Shown here: piece after piece, positions 45,849 to 56,563 of the stretch
Numbering within the stretch: position 1 is the first letter of the stretch
Layout of the letters: each line of letters opens with the position of its first letter
Assembly: GCA_032115755.1 (NCBI GenBank)
Contig: JAUMBJ010000159.1
Coordinates: 1 to 56,917, forward strand
Length of the DNA: 56,917 nucleotides
Source: Saprospiraceae bacterium
Lineage (GTDB): Bacteria; Bacteroidota; Bacteroidia; Chitinophagales; Saprospiraceae
Reading direction: 5' to 3'
Notes under the pieces: generated by a model
Databases searched by the model: none
Told to the model about the DNA's origin: nothing
Seen by the model: only the letters and a program-made list of their open reading frames with translations
Translations under genes and position numbers: made by a program

Positions 45849-47207
45849 TTAATTATACTTTCGCTTCAGGAACCACTCGTCATCATTAAAAGTAACCCCG
45901 AAAGAAATTTTAAAATATTTTTCAGATACCGGTAATTGCTGTCCTCTCAAACCTGCTATGACGCCGAGATTTACATTAGATACCTTTCTTTGAAAAACAA
46001 AAGGCATTCCTAAGCCGAGGGAAACACCGTAACCCGTGATTTGTTCACCCTGAATCTGACGAGGATCCGCTTGATAAAAAACGCCATATCGATAATATAT
46101 CCGCTCAAAGAAATTGTCAAATGACTTATAGTTTGGCCTGTAATATCCACCCGCTGCAAGCTTAAAGGCGTCCAGCATATCACCTGCCTTTTCCTGATTG
46201 GCATCATTGAAATACGCGGACCATGCTGTAAGGGTATAGTTTATTCCAAAAGCATATTTTTCACCATTAAAATAAGTAAGGCCCGCACCAATTTCGGCAG
46301 GAAGCTTGCCCTTACCTTCCACATCATCAACCTGCCGAATAGTATCGCGGTTGGTAGCTCCAATAAGGGTCTGCACTGCCGACTCAAAAATACTCGAATT
46401 TGTACTGAAACCGGTTGTGCTGTTTCCGTGAATACCTAATGATATTCTTTTTGCAGGGGCAAGTTTATTTTTTGCTATAGCCTTCTCATTCAATACTTTC
46501 GTATATATGAGACCAGCACTCCATAAAAATCCATTTAATGTATAACTGGCTGAAAATCTATTGTCATAGGCAAAAGGTAAGTCTGCAAAATTGACATTCC
46601 TTTCATAACTAATATTTCCAAACATATAGCCAGCATTGACTCCAAAAGATAAATCTTTGTGTTTTATGCTATTGCTCCATAAAAACTTGTAACTACCTCC
46701 CTGACCTATGTAATTCCTTTCAACCAGACCACTGCCTGTTTCAGTTGTCGAAGACAATATATTGTAACTCACACTAGAATGCGGCATAAGGGTAAATGCC
46801 ATACCTAGTTTTGTCTTACTCTTGGAGCCATCGTAAAGTTCATTTATTGGATTTTTTAGCGGAAATCCCAATGAAATATATTCAATATTTCCTGTCCAAA
46901 TGCCACTATTCTTATTTGACTCCACAATGTTGTTATATTTGGCAAAGACACCAACATCGAAAGCAGTTGCATTTAAAAAACTCAAACTCGCCGGATTTAC
47001 AATATTGATATGATAGGCATCAAGCCATGAGGCTCCCAATCCTCCCATTTGACGTGAATTATTGAAATTCAAATCACTTAACTCTCCTATTCCCAATCGG
47101 GAATATGGGCTGTTTTCGTTTTGCTGACCCCTACATATTGCTGTAAGTGTAAAGATCAACAAACAAAGCATTAAATATTTATTGTGCATTGTATTCCAAT
47201 ATTTCAT
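45849..47207 (-). CDS. Putative outer-membrane beta-barrel protein
   Basis: Signal peptide, an NSPYSRLGIGEL N-terminal motif, alternating beta-strand pattern throughout and a Gly/aromatic-rich C-terminal end. No specific family assigned. Confidence 0.5.
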   Translation of the reverse strand: MKYWNTMHNKYLMLCLLIFTLTAICRGQQNENSPYSRLGIGELSDLNFNNSRQMGGLGASWLDAYHINIVNPASLSFLNATAFDVGVFAKYNNIVESNKNSGIWTGNIEYISLGFPLKNPINELYDGSKSKTKLGMAFTLMPHSSVSYNILSSTTETGSGLVERNYIGQGGSYKFLWSNSIKHKDLSFGVNAGYMFGNISYERNVNFADLPFAYDNRFSASYTLNGFLWSAGLIYTKVLNEKAIAKNKLAPAKRISLGIHGNSTTGFSTNSSIFESAVQTLIGATNRDTIRQVDDVEGKGKLPAEIGAGLTYFNGEKYAFGINYTLTAWSAYFNDANQEKAGDMLDAFKLAAGGYYRPNYKSFDNFFERIYYRYGVFYQADPRQIQGEQITGYGVSLGLGMPFVFQRKVSNVNLGVIAGLRGQQLPVSEKYFKISFGVTFNDDEWFLKRKYN

Positions 47208-47901
47208 TCAAGCCCTCCAGGACTAAATTTGGGTGGACAAATATCTTAAAATTACTTGACTTCGCAAAAATATAAGCATCCCCACCTGTTATTATTACGT
47301 TATTTATTTCATATTTATTTTGAAAAGACATTATAAATTGCTCAACTTCAAAGATTGCTCCCTGAACTGCCCCTGCTCGCATAGCATTTTTTGTATCAAA
47401 AACCGGAAAATTAAAAGCTCCCTCTACATCGACCTCAGGTAAAGCCTTTGTAAACTTATGCATTGCTTCCAGACGCATCTTTATCCCCGGTGAAATTGCT
47501 CCTCCTTCAAAAATACCGCCAATTTTGATTAGATTGTAGGTGATACAAGTACCCATATCGATGTAAAGACAATTGACTTCAGGAAACCTCCGCCATACAG
47601 CTACGGCACCTGCAATTCTATCTTTCCCAATTTTTGATGGATATTCAAAATTAATTGTTATCGGAATTGTCAACTCACTTTCAAAAATCAAATAACGAAA
47701 TCTATGTATAAATTCCTGAATATATGAAGAAATATTACCCGATGCTGACAGAATAGCTTTTTCTACCTTATGCGGGGCTACCCAACGGAAAAGTTCGCTA
47801 GCTGTAGGATCAACAAAACGAGCGCAGGCTTTTAATTCACCATTATTGCTGAAAATGGCCGTTTTTACCGTGGAATTTCCTACGTCTACTACAAGATTCA
47901 A
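47179..47901 (-). CDS. coaX: Type III pantothenate kinase
   Basis: N-terminal LVVDVGNSTVK, GKDR and ITGGDA motifs; 240 aa. Confidence 0.9.
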   Translation of the reverse strand: MNLVVDVGNSTVKTAIFSNNGELKACARFVDPTASELFRWVAPHKVEKAILSASGNISSYIQEFIHRFRYLIFESELTIPITINFEYPSKIGKDRIAGAVAVWRRFPEVNCLYIDMGTCITYNLIKIGGIFEGGAISPGIKMRLEAMHKFTKALPEVDVEGAFNFPVFDTKNAMRAGAVQGAIFEVEQFIMSFQNKYEINNVIITGGDAYIFAKSSNFKIFVHPNLVLEGLNEILEYNAQ

Positions 47902-47905
47902 AGCT

Positions 47906-49432
47906 TTAGTGTTTAAAATGTCTATACCCGGTAAATACCATTGCTATATCATTTGCATTACAGAAATCAATACTCAGTTGGTCTTTTATGGAACCTCCGG
48001 GTTGAACTACTGCATTTATGCCTGACTGATGTGCAAGTTCTACACAATCCGGAAAGGGAAAAAATGCATCTGATGCCATGACTGCATCTTTAAGATCGAA
48101 ACCAAAACTTTTAGCCTTATGGATGGCCTGAGCACAGGCATCTATGCGAGATGTTTGTCCGCAACCCATACCAATCATTTGCCGGTCCTTGACCAAAACA
48201 ATCGTGTTTGATTTTAAATGTTTCGCACATTTCAAGGCAAATACCAAATCGTCGGACTGGTGATTGTCGGGTGATCTTTCCGTAACACAATTGAACTCAG
48301 CGTTATATTCTGTATGCAGATCTGTTTCTTGATAAATTACACCATTTAACAAGGATTTAAAGCAGTGCCTTTGTACTGTCCAGTGGTTACATTTTATAAT
48401 GATGCGCTTCGCCTGCGCTGAAAGTATATCCAGTGCCTCATTTGTATATGATGGTGCCAACAACACTTCATAAAACAATTTACTTATCTCTCTGGCAGTT
48501 TGGCCATCTATTTCAGTATTAGTAACCAGTATTCCACCAAATGCAGAAATTGAATCACAAGCCAATGCCCCTACATAAGCATCAAAAACTGTCCTACGCG
48601 TAGCAACGCCGCAGGCATTGGTGTGTTTGATGATACAAAAAGTGGGGTCATCTTGTATAAATTCCTGGATTAGGGAAAGTGCCGCATCCAGGTCGACCAG
48701 ATTATTATATGAGAGTTCTTTTCCGCCATAAAATGTAAACTGATCCTCAAGCCGACCATAGAAAAATGCTTTCTGATGAGGATTTTCACCATATCGCAGC
48801 GACCTTGAATCCATAATGCTGGATTTAAAATATGTAGCTTCCCCTTCTGCAAAAAAATTATGTATAGCAGTATCATAATGTGAACTAATTGCGAATGCAT
48901 CCCGAGCCATTGATTTTCGCTGACTTACTGTCAAAGCTCCATCCTGCGTACTTAAAGCATGTAAAAGTTCATGATAAGCATTTTGCGAGACCACAATAGC
49001 TATGTCTAGGTAATTCTTAGCAGCTGCCCGGATAAGAGAAATTCCTCCGATATCAATTTTTTCAATGATATCAGACTCAACACTGGTAGATCTGACAGTT
49101 TCCTCAAATGGATATAAATCTACGATTACCAGGTCGATGAGTGGGATATTATAACTTGCAACTTCCTCCAAATGTTTTTCCTCTCTCCTGGCGAGAATCC
49201 CTCCAAAAATTTTAGGGTGAAGTGTTTTTACTCTTCCGTCTAAAATAGAAGGATACTGGGTAATATCTTCAACTTTTACAACAGGATACCCTAACTGCTC
49301 AATAAATTCACGTGTTCCTCCTGTACTGATCATTGTTATACCATTTTTGGCAAAATAATGAACTAGCTCTTCTAATCCATCTTTATGATATACAGAAATA
49401 AGTACAGAATTAATTTTTTTTAAGCCTTCCAT
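47906..49432 (-). CDS. purH: Bifunctional AICAR transformylase / IMP cyclohydrolase
   Basis: 508 aa with ALISVYHKDG-like MGS domain, GGTREF, GRVKTLHP, IKHTNACG, GMGCGQTSR and a C-terminal RHFKH. Confidence 0.95.
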   Translation of the reverse strand: MEGLKKINSVLISVYHKDGLEELVHYFAKNGITMISTGGTREFIEQLGYPVVKVEDITQYPSILDGRVKTLHPKIFGGILARREEKHLEEVASYNIPLIDLVIVDLYPFEETVRSTSVESDIIEKIDIGGISLIRAAAKNYLDIAIVVSQNAYHELLHALSTQDGALTVSQRKSMARDAFAISSHYDTAIHNFFAEGEATYFKSSIMDSRSLRYGENPHQKAFFYGRLEDQFTFYGGKELSYNNLVDLDAALSLIQEFIQDDPTFCIIKHTNACGVATRRTVFDAYVGALACDSISAFGGILVTNTEIDGQTAREISKLFYEVLLAPSYTNEALDILSAQAKRIIIKCNHWTVQRHCFKSLLNGVIYQETDLHTEYNAEFNCVTERSPDNHQSDDLVFALKCAKHLKSNTIVLVKDRQMIGMGCGQTSRIDACAQAIHKAKSFGFDLKDAVMASDAFFPFPDCVELAHQSGINAVVQPGGSIKDQLSIDFCNANDIAMVFTGYRHFKH

Positions 49433-49610
49433 TCAAGAATTTTATTTAATGCTACAAAGGTAATAGATATACAACATTTTATGAATTCAACCAAATCTCA
49501 ATTTATCCATAGTTTATACACATTACAAACAAAACTATTGAGTGTATAAAAATGAAACAGCTTCAAGACCTAAGCTTAATATACGTGTAGCGCAATGATT
49601 GAGGATATTT

Positions 49611-49640
49611 AAAAAAAAAGGCCCTAAATAGGGCCTTTTT
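49611..49640 (-). terminator. Rho-independent terminator of the gld operon
   Basis: GGCCCT-aaat-AGGGCC hairpin. On the minus strand it is followed by T9, 25 nt downstream of the gldN stop. Confidence 0.8.
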
Positions 49641-49660
49641 AATATTATTAAGGTGCTACA

Positions 49661-50539
49661 TTAATATTCCCACAAATCATGTTCAATATTAAAAAGCTCT
49701 GCTTTTATTTTGTCTGAATGCAACAACATATCTATTCCACTCATATCCTTTTCGGCATCTGGATTTGCTGTATAGAAATCCTTTAACCTGTAATCAAGTA
49801 CGTTGGATCTTTTATACACATAGCTAGTAAAATGCCTGTTGTCAAACACTTCTGCCCATGTATTTGGTGAAATATCGTTGAAATCATTGAAAACTCTTTG
49901 CTTTGAAAAAGATTCTCTGGCTTCAGGATAGTATACCCAAAATAGAGGACTTGGAGGAATTCCGTTCTGCTCGTCTTTAGGACTTGCATAAATAGGTGCA
50001 ATGCCTAAAATCTTATTGCGCATTGTTGAAGTTTCCTTATCAAAGTACCATATTTCCTTAATCCTATAGGAATAAATATTTTCCCAGTTGATGTCATTTT
50101 TTACAATTTTAATGACCTCCGTATACGTATCATAATCAAAATCCGTTATGGTATCTATAGATGAAAGCTTTTTGTCAATATCCTCGGCAGTGAGGATATT
50201 CTTAAACTTCTCATCAGAAAATATTGTAATCTCACCATTTCTCACCATACCAACCAAGGCATTGAAAAGATTCAACTCTTGACTTCTAAAAACAAGGTTG
50301 AGTTTTTCACGGGTATCAATGACACGTTGAATGCGCATTTCCCATGGAATATCAGCCTCTCTAATTGGTTGATAAGGCAAAAGACGATTTTCTTTAACAA
50401 GCTTCTTTTCAACGACATCATCTAGGAAGATATCATCTGCAGGAACTGATGATTCTGTTTTTTCAGTTTGTGCTTGTGCATTCATCCCAAAAAGGATGAT
50501 TACGAAAAACATCTGGCTAAAATTCTTTAATATTTTCAT
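49661..50539 (-). CDS. gldN: Gliding motility / type IX secretion protein GldN (PorN)
   Basis: Signal peptide plus PIREADIPWEMRIQRVID and IKEIWYFDKETS motifs. It lies directly after gldM. Confidence 0.85.
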   Translation of the reverse strand: MKILKNFSQMFFVIILFGMNAQAQTEKTESSVPADDIFLDDVVEKKLVKENRLLPYQPIREADIPWEMRIQRVIDTREKLNLVFRSQELNLFNALVGMVRNGEITIFSDEKFKNILTAEDIDKKLSSIDTITDFDYDTYTEVIKIVKNDINWENIYSYRIKEIWYFDKETSTMRNKILGIAPIYASPKDEQNGIPPSPLFWVYYPEARESFSKQRVFNDFNDISPNTWAEVFDNRHFTSYVYKRSNVLDYRLKDFYTANPDAEKDMSGIDMLLHSDKIKAELFNIEHDLWEY

Positions 50540-50596
50540 TATTTACACTTTTAACAACGAACTATGAAAAAATATTCGTTCTCTACTGATAAATGA

Positions 50597-52150
50597 TTAT
50601 TGAACATCAAATACAAGCTGTCCTAAATTACGCTCTGCAGGATCACCTGGACACTTACACTTAATATCTTGGAAGAAGTACTTATCTCCTGGTACAGCCT
50701 TAGCCTGTAATGTAGCAGCCTGACCTGAAATCTTTGCACCCTGGTTAGGCGCGAATTCAGGATCCTGTCTCTTTGCTATCCTTACCAATAAAAATCCTCC
50801 AATATTACATTTTGCGTCAAAATCAAAACCTTCCAACGTTGGTACAAGACCTCCTAAACCTTTGAAAGTACCGTTACCAATTTTACCACCTCTTTCTTTA
50901 GGGCCTAAAGAAGGTACAGGGTCTGGAATTCTTTTAATTCTGTAAGCTTTAGAATAATTAACACCAGGTGCGGATACATTTATTTTTGCATCTCTACCCG
51001 GAGGGCCGCTAACTGTTACATTGTAGGTACCGTCACTATTTTTGGTAATGTTACCACCATCCATGGAAACTTTTACCTGAGCTGAAGGAACACCTGCTGC
51101 GGAAACCTCAACAGGGTTATCAACTCCGATATAGAACACATTCATTTTAGTAGCAGAAATTGTTACGGAACGCTCACCAACTTCATATTCGAATTCACTT
51201 TTGTAAGTGTTTGTCTCCCCTGTAACTGGGTTAGTAACACTGATAGCAGCCTGATATTTCTTCACACCTACAGACGTAGCCGATTGTGTCCACTTGGCAT
51301 TGCCTTCTTTATCGACACTTAACCTTTGCCCATTTACTGTGATAGATACTCCGGTGTTACTTCCCTGATCTGCTGCGGCAGAAAGGAATACGTCGGTCTC
51401 GAAACTTTCACCTTTAATAATGTAAGACTTTTTAGGTGCAGAAACCACTCTGAACTTGTTCAAAACGATATCATCAGTAAGACCAACCTTACCTGCAAGA
51501 TAGTTTAGGATAGCTGCTTCTGAGCTTTTAACATCATTGGCAAATTTTGAGAAAATTGGCATACATGCACCAAGTGGCATATGACCAAATGTAAAATCTG
51601 ACCAATTCTGCTTCTTATTGACAGACTTCTTCCAAGTATCATCATCGATGTTAATAGCCAGACTCTTGTCCATGCCAGTTCTATCCTCACCTTCATCTAC
51701 AAGTTGTAGAAAAGCTGCTCTAACTTCGAGCATTTTCTTCTTCAACTCTTCACCTTTACCACTATTAACCATAAGTCGTGTAGTGGCATCGTAATCCCGC
51801 TTACCTTTAAGTTCCTGAATACCATCCACTTCGATATATCCACCGGTCTCCTTGATAAGTCCTTCTTTGATACCCTCAATAAATTGTGTAGCTTCAGCAG
51901 ACAATTGACGAACCTGATCTACTCTTTCTGCATATTTTGCAAGTTCTGCCTTTTTCTTGGCACTATCTTTAATTCTGGTTGGCAATGACTCGTTTGAAGC
52001 ATCTAGGGCTTGATTAGCTTTCACCAACCCTTTATCCACCATGTCGAAAGCGTTGAAAATTTCAGCAGAAACGTTCAATGCTAATAACGCTGTCAGTACA
52101 AGATACATTACATTGATCATCAACTGACGCGGTTCCTTAGGAATTGACAT
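50597..52150 (-). CDS. gldM: Gliding motility / type IX secretion protein GldM (PorM)
   Basis: The N-terminal TM LMINVMYLVLTALLALNVS is characteristic of GldM; 517 aa with Ig-like C-terminal domains. Confidence 0.9.
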   Translation of the reverse strand: MSIPKEPRQLMINVMYLVLTALLALNVSAEIFNAFDMVDKGLVKANQALDASNESLPTRIKDSAKKKAELAKYAERVDQVRQLSAEATQFIEGIKEGLIKETGGYIEVDGIQELKGKRDYDATTRLMVNSGKGEELKKKMLEVRAAFLQLVDEGEDRTGMDKSLAINIDDDTWKKSVNKKQNWSDFTFGHMPLGACMPIFSKFANDVKSSEAAILNYLAGKVGLTDDIVLNKFRVVSAPKKSYIIKGESFETDVFLSAAADQGSNTGVSITVNGQRLSVDKEGNAKWTQSATSVGVKKYQAAISVTNPVTGETNTYKSEFEYEVGERSVTISATKMNVFYIGVDNPVEVSAAGVPSAQVKVSMDGGNITKNSDGTYNVTVSGPPGRDAKINVSAPGVNYSKAYRIKRIPDPVPSLGPKERGGKIGNGTFKGLGGLVPTLEGFDFDAKCNIGGFLLVRIAKRQDPEFAPNQGAKISGQAATLQAKAVPGDKYFFQDIKCKCPGDPAERNLGQLVFDVQ

Positions 52151-52192
52151 CTTTTAAATTTTATCTGTTAACAAATAATAATTACCCTTCTA

Positions 52193-52774
52193 TTACCCCT
52201 TTACCTGATAAGCTGACAAAACACTGCCGTAAACAGCATTTAAAGAAGTCAGATTTTTAGTAAGGCTAGCCATTTGAGCCTGATACTGCTTAGTATCTTC
52301 AACACTTGAGTTGAGGATAGTCATGGCCTCATTCATAGACTGATAAAAATTATTCATCGCTTTTAATTGATCACCTGTCTGAGAAAAATCAACTTCCTGA
52401 AGTGCCTTGAGTGAACCAAGACTCTTGGACATGGATTGAAGCTCATCGAGCATTCCTCCTAAATTCTTTTCTACCACGTCAGCATTCAAAGATCTTTGTG
52501 CTGAAGATGTTCCTCCTGCTGTGATAGGTGCTATATTTGAATGATAATCATCCAATCCCGGATATAATTTTTCCCAATAATAATCTTTCTCAGGCCCCAA
52601 TAATCCTAACATGGCAAACAAAAATGCCTCGACTAAAAGTCCTGCAGTAATTGCCATTCCTCCCCATGAAGTACTATTAAGTTTTCCCAAAGCACCAATC
52701 ATAACTACTGCTGCTCCAATACCGATAAGTAAATTCTTTAAATACTTAAAGCTTTTTGTTTTTACATAACTCAT
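52193..52774 (-). CDS. gldL: Gliding motility / type IX secretion protein GldL (PorL)
   Basis: Two N-terminal TM helices (LLIGIGAAVVMIGALGKL; GLLVEAFLFAMLG) with the conserved Glu in TM2, and a cytoplasmic helical tail. Confidence 0.85.
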   Translation of the reverse strand: MSYVKTKSFKYLKNLLIGIGAAVVMIGALGKLNSTSWGGMAITAGLLVEAFLFAMLGLLGPEKDYYWEKLYPGLDDYHSNIAPITAGGTSSAQRSLNADVVEKNLGGMLDELQSMSKSLGSLKALQEVDFSQTGDQLKAMNNFYQSMNEAMTILNSSVEDTKQYQAQMASLTKNLTSLNAVYGSVLSAYQVKG

Positions 52775-52863
52775 TTTAAAATTTGATTTGTAAGGGTTAA
52801 ATAATAAATTGATATCTTACATCTGAATGGATGTTCAGACGCTTTAGCCATAAACTTTGTGGC

Positions 52864-54099
52864 TTAAAAATCGTTAATTGATCTTCCAAGATATGTCAAA
52901 ACACATCTAAATCCAATGTAGGATTTTGCAGTATCCTGAAATTCCCAGTTTCTTGTACCTGTCTGAAGGTAGTATGAAATATCTTTCCATGATCCTCCTC
53001 TGATGACCTTCCGCTTGTAAGCCTCTGGATCAGTATCCTGGGCATCATATCTGTAGTCAGGATTAAGGTCATGTTCTATGGCGTATGCATTTTCATGAAA
53101 TGCACTGCTAGTCCATTCTGCAACGTTTCCTGACATGGTATACAGACCATAATCATTAGGGAAATAAGCATCGGCTTTAACCGTATGCATTCCTCCATCC
53201 TCAGGATAGTTTCCTCTTCCCGGCTTAAAGTTAGCCAAGAGACAACCTTTAGCATTGCGAACATATGGGCCTCCCCAAGGATAAGGAGCTATATCTCTAC
53301 CACCTCTTGCTGCATATTCCCACTCCACTTCTGATGGAAGACGGAATATTTCTGTATTTGGTTCTTCTGCACCTTTGTATTGATTCCATATTTTAGTCCT
53401 CCAGTGACAAAATGCATTGGCCTGTTTCCAATTGACTCCAACAACCGGATAGTCATCATAGGCAGGATGCCAAAAATAGTTTCTTGAAAATGGCTCGTTG
53501 TAAGAATAAGAGAAGTCTCTAATCCAACAAAGTGTATCCGGATATACTCCAATCTGCACCTTGTTTCTGATATTGGTTCTCGTAGCCTGCTTATCGTTGG
53601 CCGCTTTTTGCCAATCGATCCACTCATACTGATAAACAAACTTGGAGACATCCATTTCGCGTTTACCATCAATTACCATATCTCCCTGGAAATAAAAATC
53701 ACTTAAGGTTTCGTCGTTATAATCAATTTCTGCTTCCCAATCAATGAGGGTATTTCCGAAATCATCTTCAATTTCATTACCCAAAGTCTTGTGTGCTATG
53801 GAATCTCTTACCCAATATACAAATTGTCTGTACTCGTTATTGGTGATTTCAGTATCATCCATGAAAAAGCCTGAAACGGAAACTGACTTTTGTCTCTGAA
53901 CATAAGTAGTGAAAATGTCCTGATCACTCTGACCTATGTGGAGATTCCCAGATGGAATGTATACCATTCCAAAAGGATTAATACCTGTCCATGCAGGCCT
54001 GTTTTGAACTCCAATAAGTTGACCCTGCTCCTGCGTACCGCACGAAACAAATCCAATCAGCAGCATAATAAACAGAGATAATTGTGATATTCTTCTCAT
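52864..54099 (-). CDS. gldK: Gliding motility / type IX secretion lipoprotein GldK (PorK), FGE-sulfatase/SUMF1 fold
   Basis: Lipoprotein signal LIGFVSCG. FGE-type motifs DDTEITNNEY, NVAEWT and RGGSWKD. Confidence 0.9.
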   Translation of the reverse strand: MRRISQLSLFIMLLIGFVSCGTQEQGQLIGVQNRPAWTGINPFGMVYIPSGNLHIGQSDQDIFTTYVQRQKSVSVSGFFMDDTEITNNEYRQFVYWVRDSIAHKTLGNEIEDDFGNTLIDWEAEIDYNDETLSDFYFQGDMVIDGKREMDVSKFVYQYEWIDWQKAANDKQATRTNIRNKVQIGVYPDTLCWIRDFSYSYNEPFSRNYFWHPAYDDYPVVGVNWKQANAFCHWRTKIWNQYKGAEEPNTEIFRLPSEVEWEYAARGGRDIAPYPWGGPYVRNAKGCLLANFKPGRGNYPEDGGMHTVKADAYFPNDYGLYTMSGNVAEWTSSAFHENAYAIEHDLNPDYRYDAQDTDPEAYKRKVIRGGSWKDISYYLQTGTRNWEFQDTAKSYIGFRCVLTYLGRSINDF

Positions 54100-54493
54100 T
54101 TTACTTTTAGCGATTTAACCAGTTAATAGAAACTGAATTACAAAAGAGGCGTAAAGATACTTTTGTATTTCAAAATTGCAAACTTTTTAAATTTGAATTT
54201 TAAAATAATTTAATGAAAAAAATCCTTTAGCTTTCTGTAAACGAAAAATTCTGTATTTTATTGTATACACAAATAATTATACTTAAATTCTATTTTTTTT
54301 TAACTTTTAATATAATATTTTTAATTTGTAATATTAGTCAAAATTATACCTTAGAAATAAAGTATATTACATCCAATTAATTTTATAAAGATATTTTTTA
54401 CCGGAAAATAAAAAATATATGATAAAAAATTTTAATTTGTATATCATAAAAATCTCCAAACCTTTGTTTGTCAGAATTCAAAGAATTATATTT

Positions 54494-55477
54494 TTATAAA
54501 TGTCTTGGATTATATATAACCTTCGGCGGCAATCCCATAGCTAAGATTTTATTCAAACTATATCTAACCATGATTTCGTGCGTTCCAAGATGTACGCTTG
54601 ACAAGGCAGATAGTCCAAAATCATAACTATAGGATAACTTATATTGTCTACCAATATTTGTGCCAATTATCAATGCCGCAGCGTCAATAGATCTGGAACT
54701 ATAACCCCTTACAAGCAGCCCTCCAAAATAATTACCTAAAACTTCACCTGTTAAGCAAATATCAGTCTGAATTTCCTTAAAATCACTCTGTATATATAAC
54801 GATGTCGTCAGCAAAATTTCTTTGACAGGGTAATACCTATACTGAAAAAATGATTGCATTCCTGCAGATTTCTGATAACTAGCCTCGCCCAGTTTGATAG
54901 TAGTTTGATCTATATTATACACCGTCACACCTCCTTCAAAGTAATCAGCTTTTAAATACGCCCCCAATTCCCAACTCACGCCCAACCCATTTTGCGTCTG
55001 TACGTTCAATAGGGGATCCTGATGAGAAAAAACACCTTCGTACACTCCCTCTGGCGTTCTAATCACATTCCCATCAAATGAAATATGTTGGATACCCATA
55101 CGCCCTCCCACAGAAAATAATACCCGCTGAAATGGGAAAAATTTATTGTATGATAAGTCAAAGTTATTCCGTTGCAATGCCCCGGTATTCTGATGAGAAA
55201 ACTGCATACCCGCACCTGCTCTCCAAATATCCAATGGCAAATTACAACTTCCGTAAAATTGTCTTATATGGCCTTCTATTGGGGCATATTGATCCCTATA
55301 AATGCCATTGACGACTAGAGTCCTATCAAATCCTCCGTATGCCGGATTATGATAAAACTTATTCCAAGCGATATGCGTAAAATGCGGCCTTTGTTGTGCA
55401 TAACCCAAAACATTGGCAAAAACCAAAATGAAGATTAGTTTAAGAAATCGATTCACCTTGTCATCTTTCATCTTCAA
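54494..55477 (-). CDS. porP: PorP/SprF-family type IX secretion membrane protein
   Basis: Signal peptide, then QQRPHFTHIAWNKFYHNPAYGG (the FSQY...NPA signature of PorP/SprF); 327-aa beta-barrel length. Confidence 0.85.
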   Translation of the reverse strand: MKMKDDKVNRFLKLIFILVFANVLGYAQQRPHFTHIAWNKFYHNPAYGGFDRTLVVNGIYRDQYAPIEGHIRQFYGSCNLPLDIWRAGAGMQFSHQNTGALQRNNFDLSYNKFFPFQRVLFSVGGRMGIQHISFDGNVIRTPEGVYEGVFSHQDPLLNVQTQNGLGVSWELGAYLKADYFEGGVTVYNIDQTTIKLGEASYQKSAGMQSFFQYRYYPVKEILLTTSLYIQSDFKEIQTDICLTGEVLGNYFGGLLVRGYSSRSIDAAALIIGTNIGRQYKLSYSYDFGLSALSSVHLGTHEIMVRYSLNKILAMGLPPKVIYNPRHL

Positions 55478-55497
55478 TATTACAATTATTTTCCAAA

Positions 55498-56280
55498 TTA
55501 AACAATGATTTCCATTCCATCATAAGCTGGAAAGACCGACTTTGGCAATTTAGATTGCAAATTTACATGACAACCCAAATGATGACTCATATGGGTAAGA
55601 TATGCATACTCTGGTCCTATTTGTTCAATAACTAATAGTGCTTCTCCTAGCGTGAAATGAGAAAAATGAGGTGTTTCTTGAAGTGCATTGATCACCAATA
55701 CCCGTGTACCTGACATCATAGCCATACTTTCTGCCGATAGTGCACTTGCATCCGTAATGTAACAAAAATCTCCGATTCTAAATCCAACAATTGGAAGGTT
55801 GCCATGTATTACTTCAATGGGCAATATGTTTACACTAGCTTCTCCAATTGAAAATACAACTCCAGGATTTATGGTTTGGCAGGATATCCTTGGTGATCCA
55901 GGATATGCATTATCCGAAAATGCATAGGAAAATCTTTGCCGAATATCCTGTTTTACCCGCTCAAGTGCATACAGCGGTATATCTTTATTGAATTTGAAGT
56001 TTATTGGCCGTACATCATCGAGTCCTGCTGTATGATCTGCATGCTCATGGGTGACTAATATCGCATCAATATTGTCGAATCTATTAGCCAGCATCTGATA
56101 TCGCAAATCTGGTCCGGGATCAATCAATATTTTTGAACCTTTCACTTCCAACATGGCAGAAGTACGCATCCTTTTGTTCCTGGGATCAGCAGATAAACAA
56201 ACTTCACAGGTACATCCTATAACCGGAATACCCTGGGAAGTACCCGTACCTAAAAATGTTACCTTGATATTGTAAGACAT
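55498..56280 (-). CDS. MBL-fold metallo-hydrolase (PhnP/GPP-like)
   Basis: GTGTSQGIP, an N-terminal CxCxxC, and an HEHADH metal-binding motif. Confidence 0.85.
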   Translation of the reverse strand: MSYNIKVTFLGTGTSQGIPVIGCTCEVCLSADPRNKRMRTSAMLEVKGSKILIDPGPDLRYQMLANRFDNIDAILVTHEHADHTAGLDDVRPINFKFNKDIPLYALERVKQDIRQRFSYAFSDNAYPGSPRISCQTINPGVVFSIGEASVNILPIEVIHGNLPIVGFRIGDFCYITDASALSAESMAMMSGTRVLVINALQETPHFSHFTLGEALLVIEQIGPEYAYLTHMSHHLGCHVNLQSKLPKSVFPAYDGMEIIV

Positions 56281-56290
56281 ATACTAATGG

Positions 56291-56563
56291 TCATTCGTGC
56301 TGGCTTTTGGCACTGATCAGTGAATTTATAAACTGATGCGTCTTGTCATCCCCGGCAACAATCTCCGGTAAAGCAGTGGCCAGTATATCTGATAATACCA
56401 TAATTCGGGCTTCTGTGTCAAAAAACTTATTGACAACTATGGTCTTTTTTTCCTTGACCAGGCAATAACCGGATTGGAAGTTACCTTTTTCATAATAAAT
56501 TCGATAGGATGCCTCCTGGAGAATCTGCTCAATTTTTTGCAATGTCGTTTTGGTATATCGCAT
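56291..56563 (-). CDS. Hypothetical small protein
   Basis: 90-aa ORF 10 nt upstream of the MBL gene on the same strand. No motif recognised. Confidence 0.4.
   Translation of the reverse strand: MRYTKTTLQKIEQILQEASYRIYYEKGNFQSGYCLVKEKKTIVVNKFFDTEARIMVLSDILATALPEIVAGDDKTHQFINSLISAKSQHE

Noticed and set aside
49433-49612. Possible ZTP (pfl) riboswitch in the purH leader
   Set aside because: I read the minus-strand leader and found none of the GC-rich conserved ZTP elements (the CCGGGCGGA / CCGCCTGGGC-type pseudoknot segments). The region is plain AT-rich sequence.
54148-54155. Exact TAnnTTTG box (TACTTTTG) on the plus strand in the porP-gldK spacer
   Set aside because: It points away from gldK and towards the 3-prime end of the minus-strand porP, with no plus-strand gene to serve. 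It is expected by chance in a ~90% AT region.
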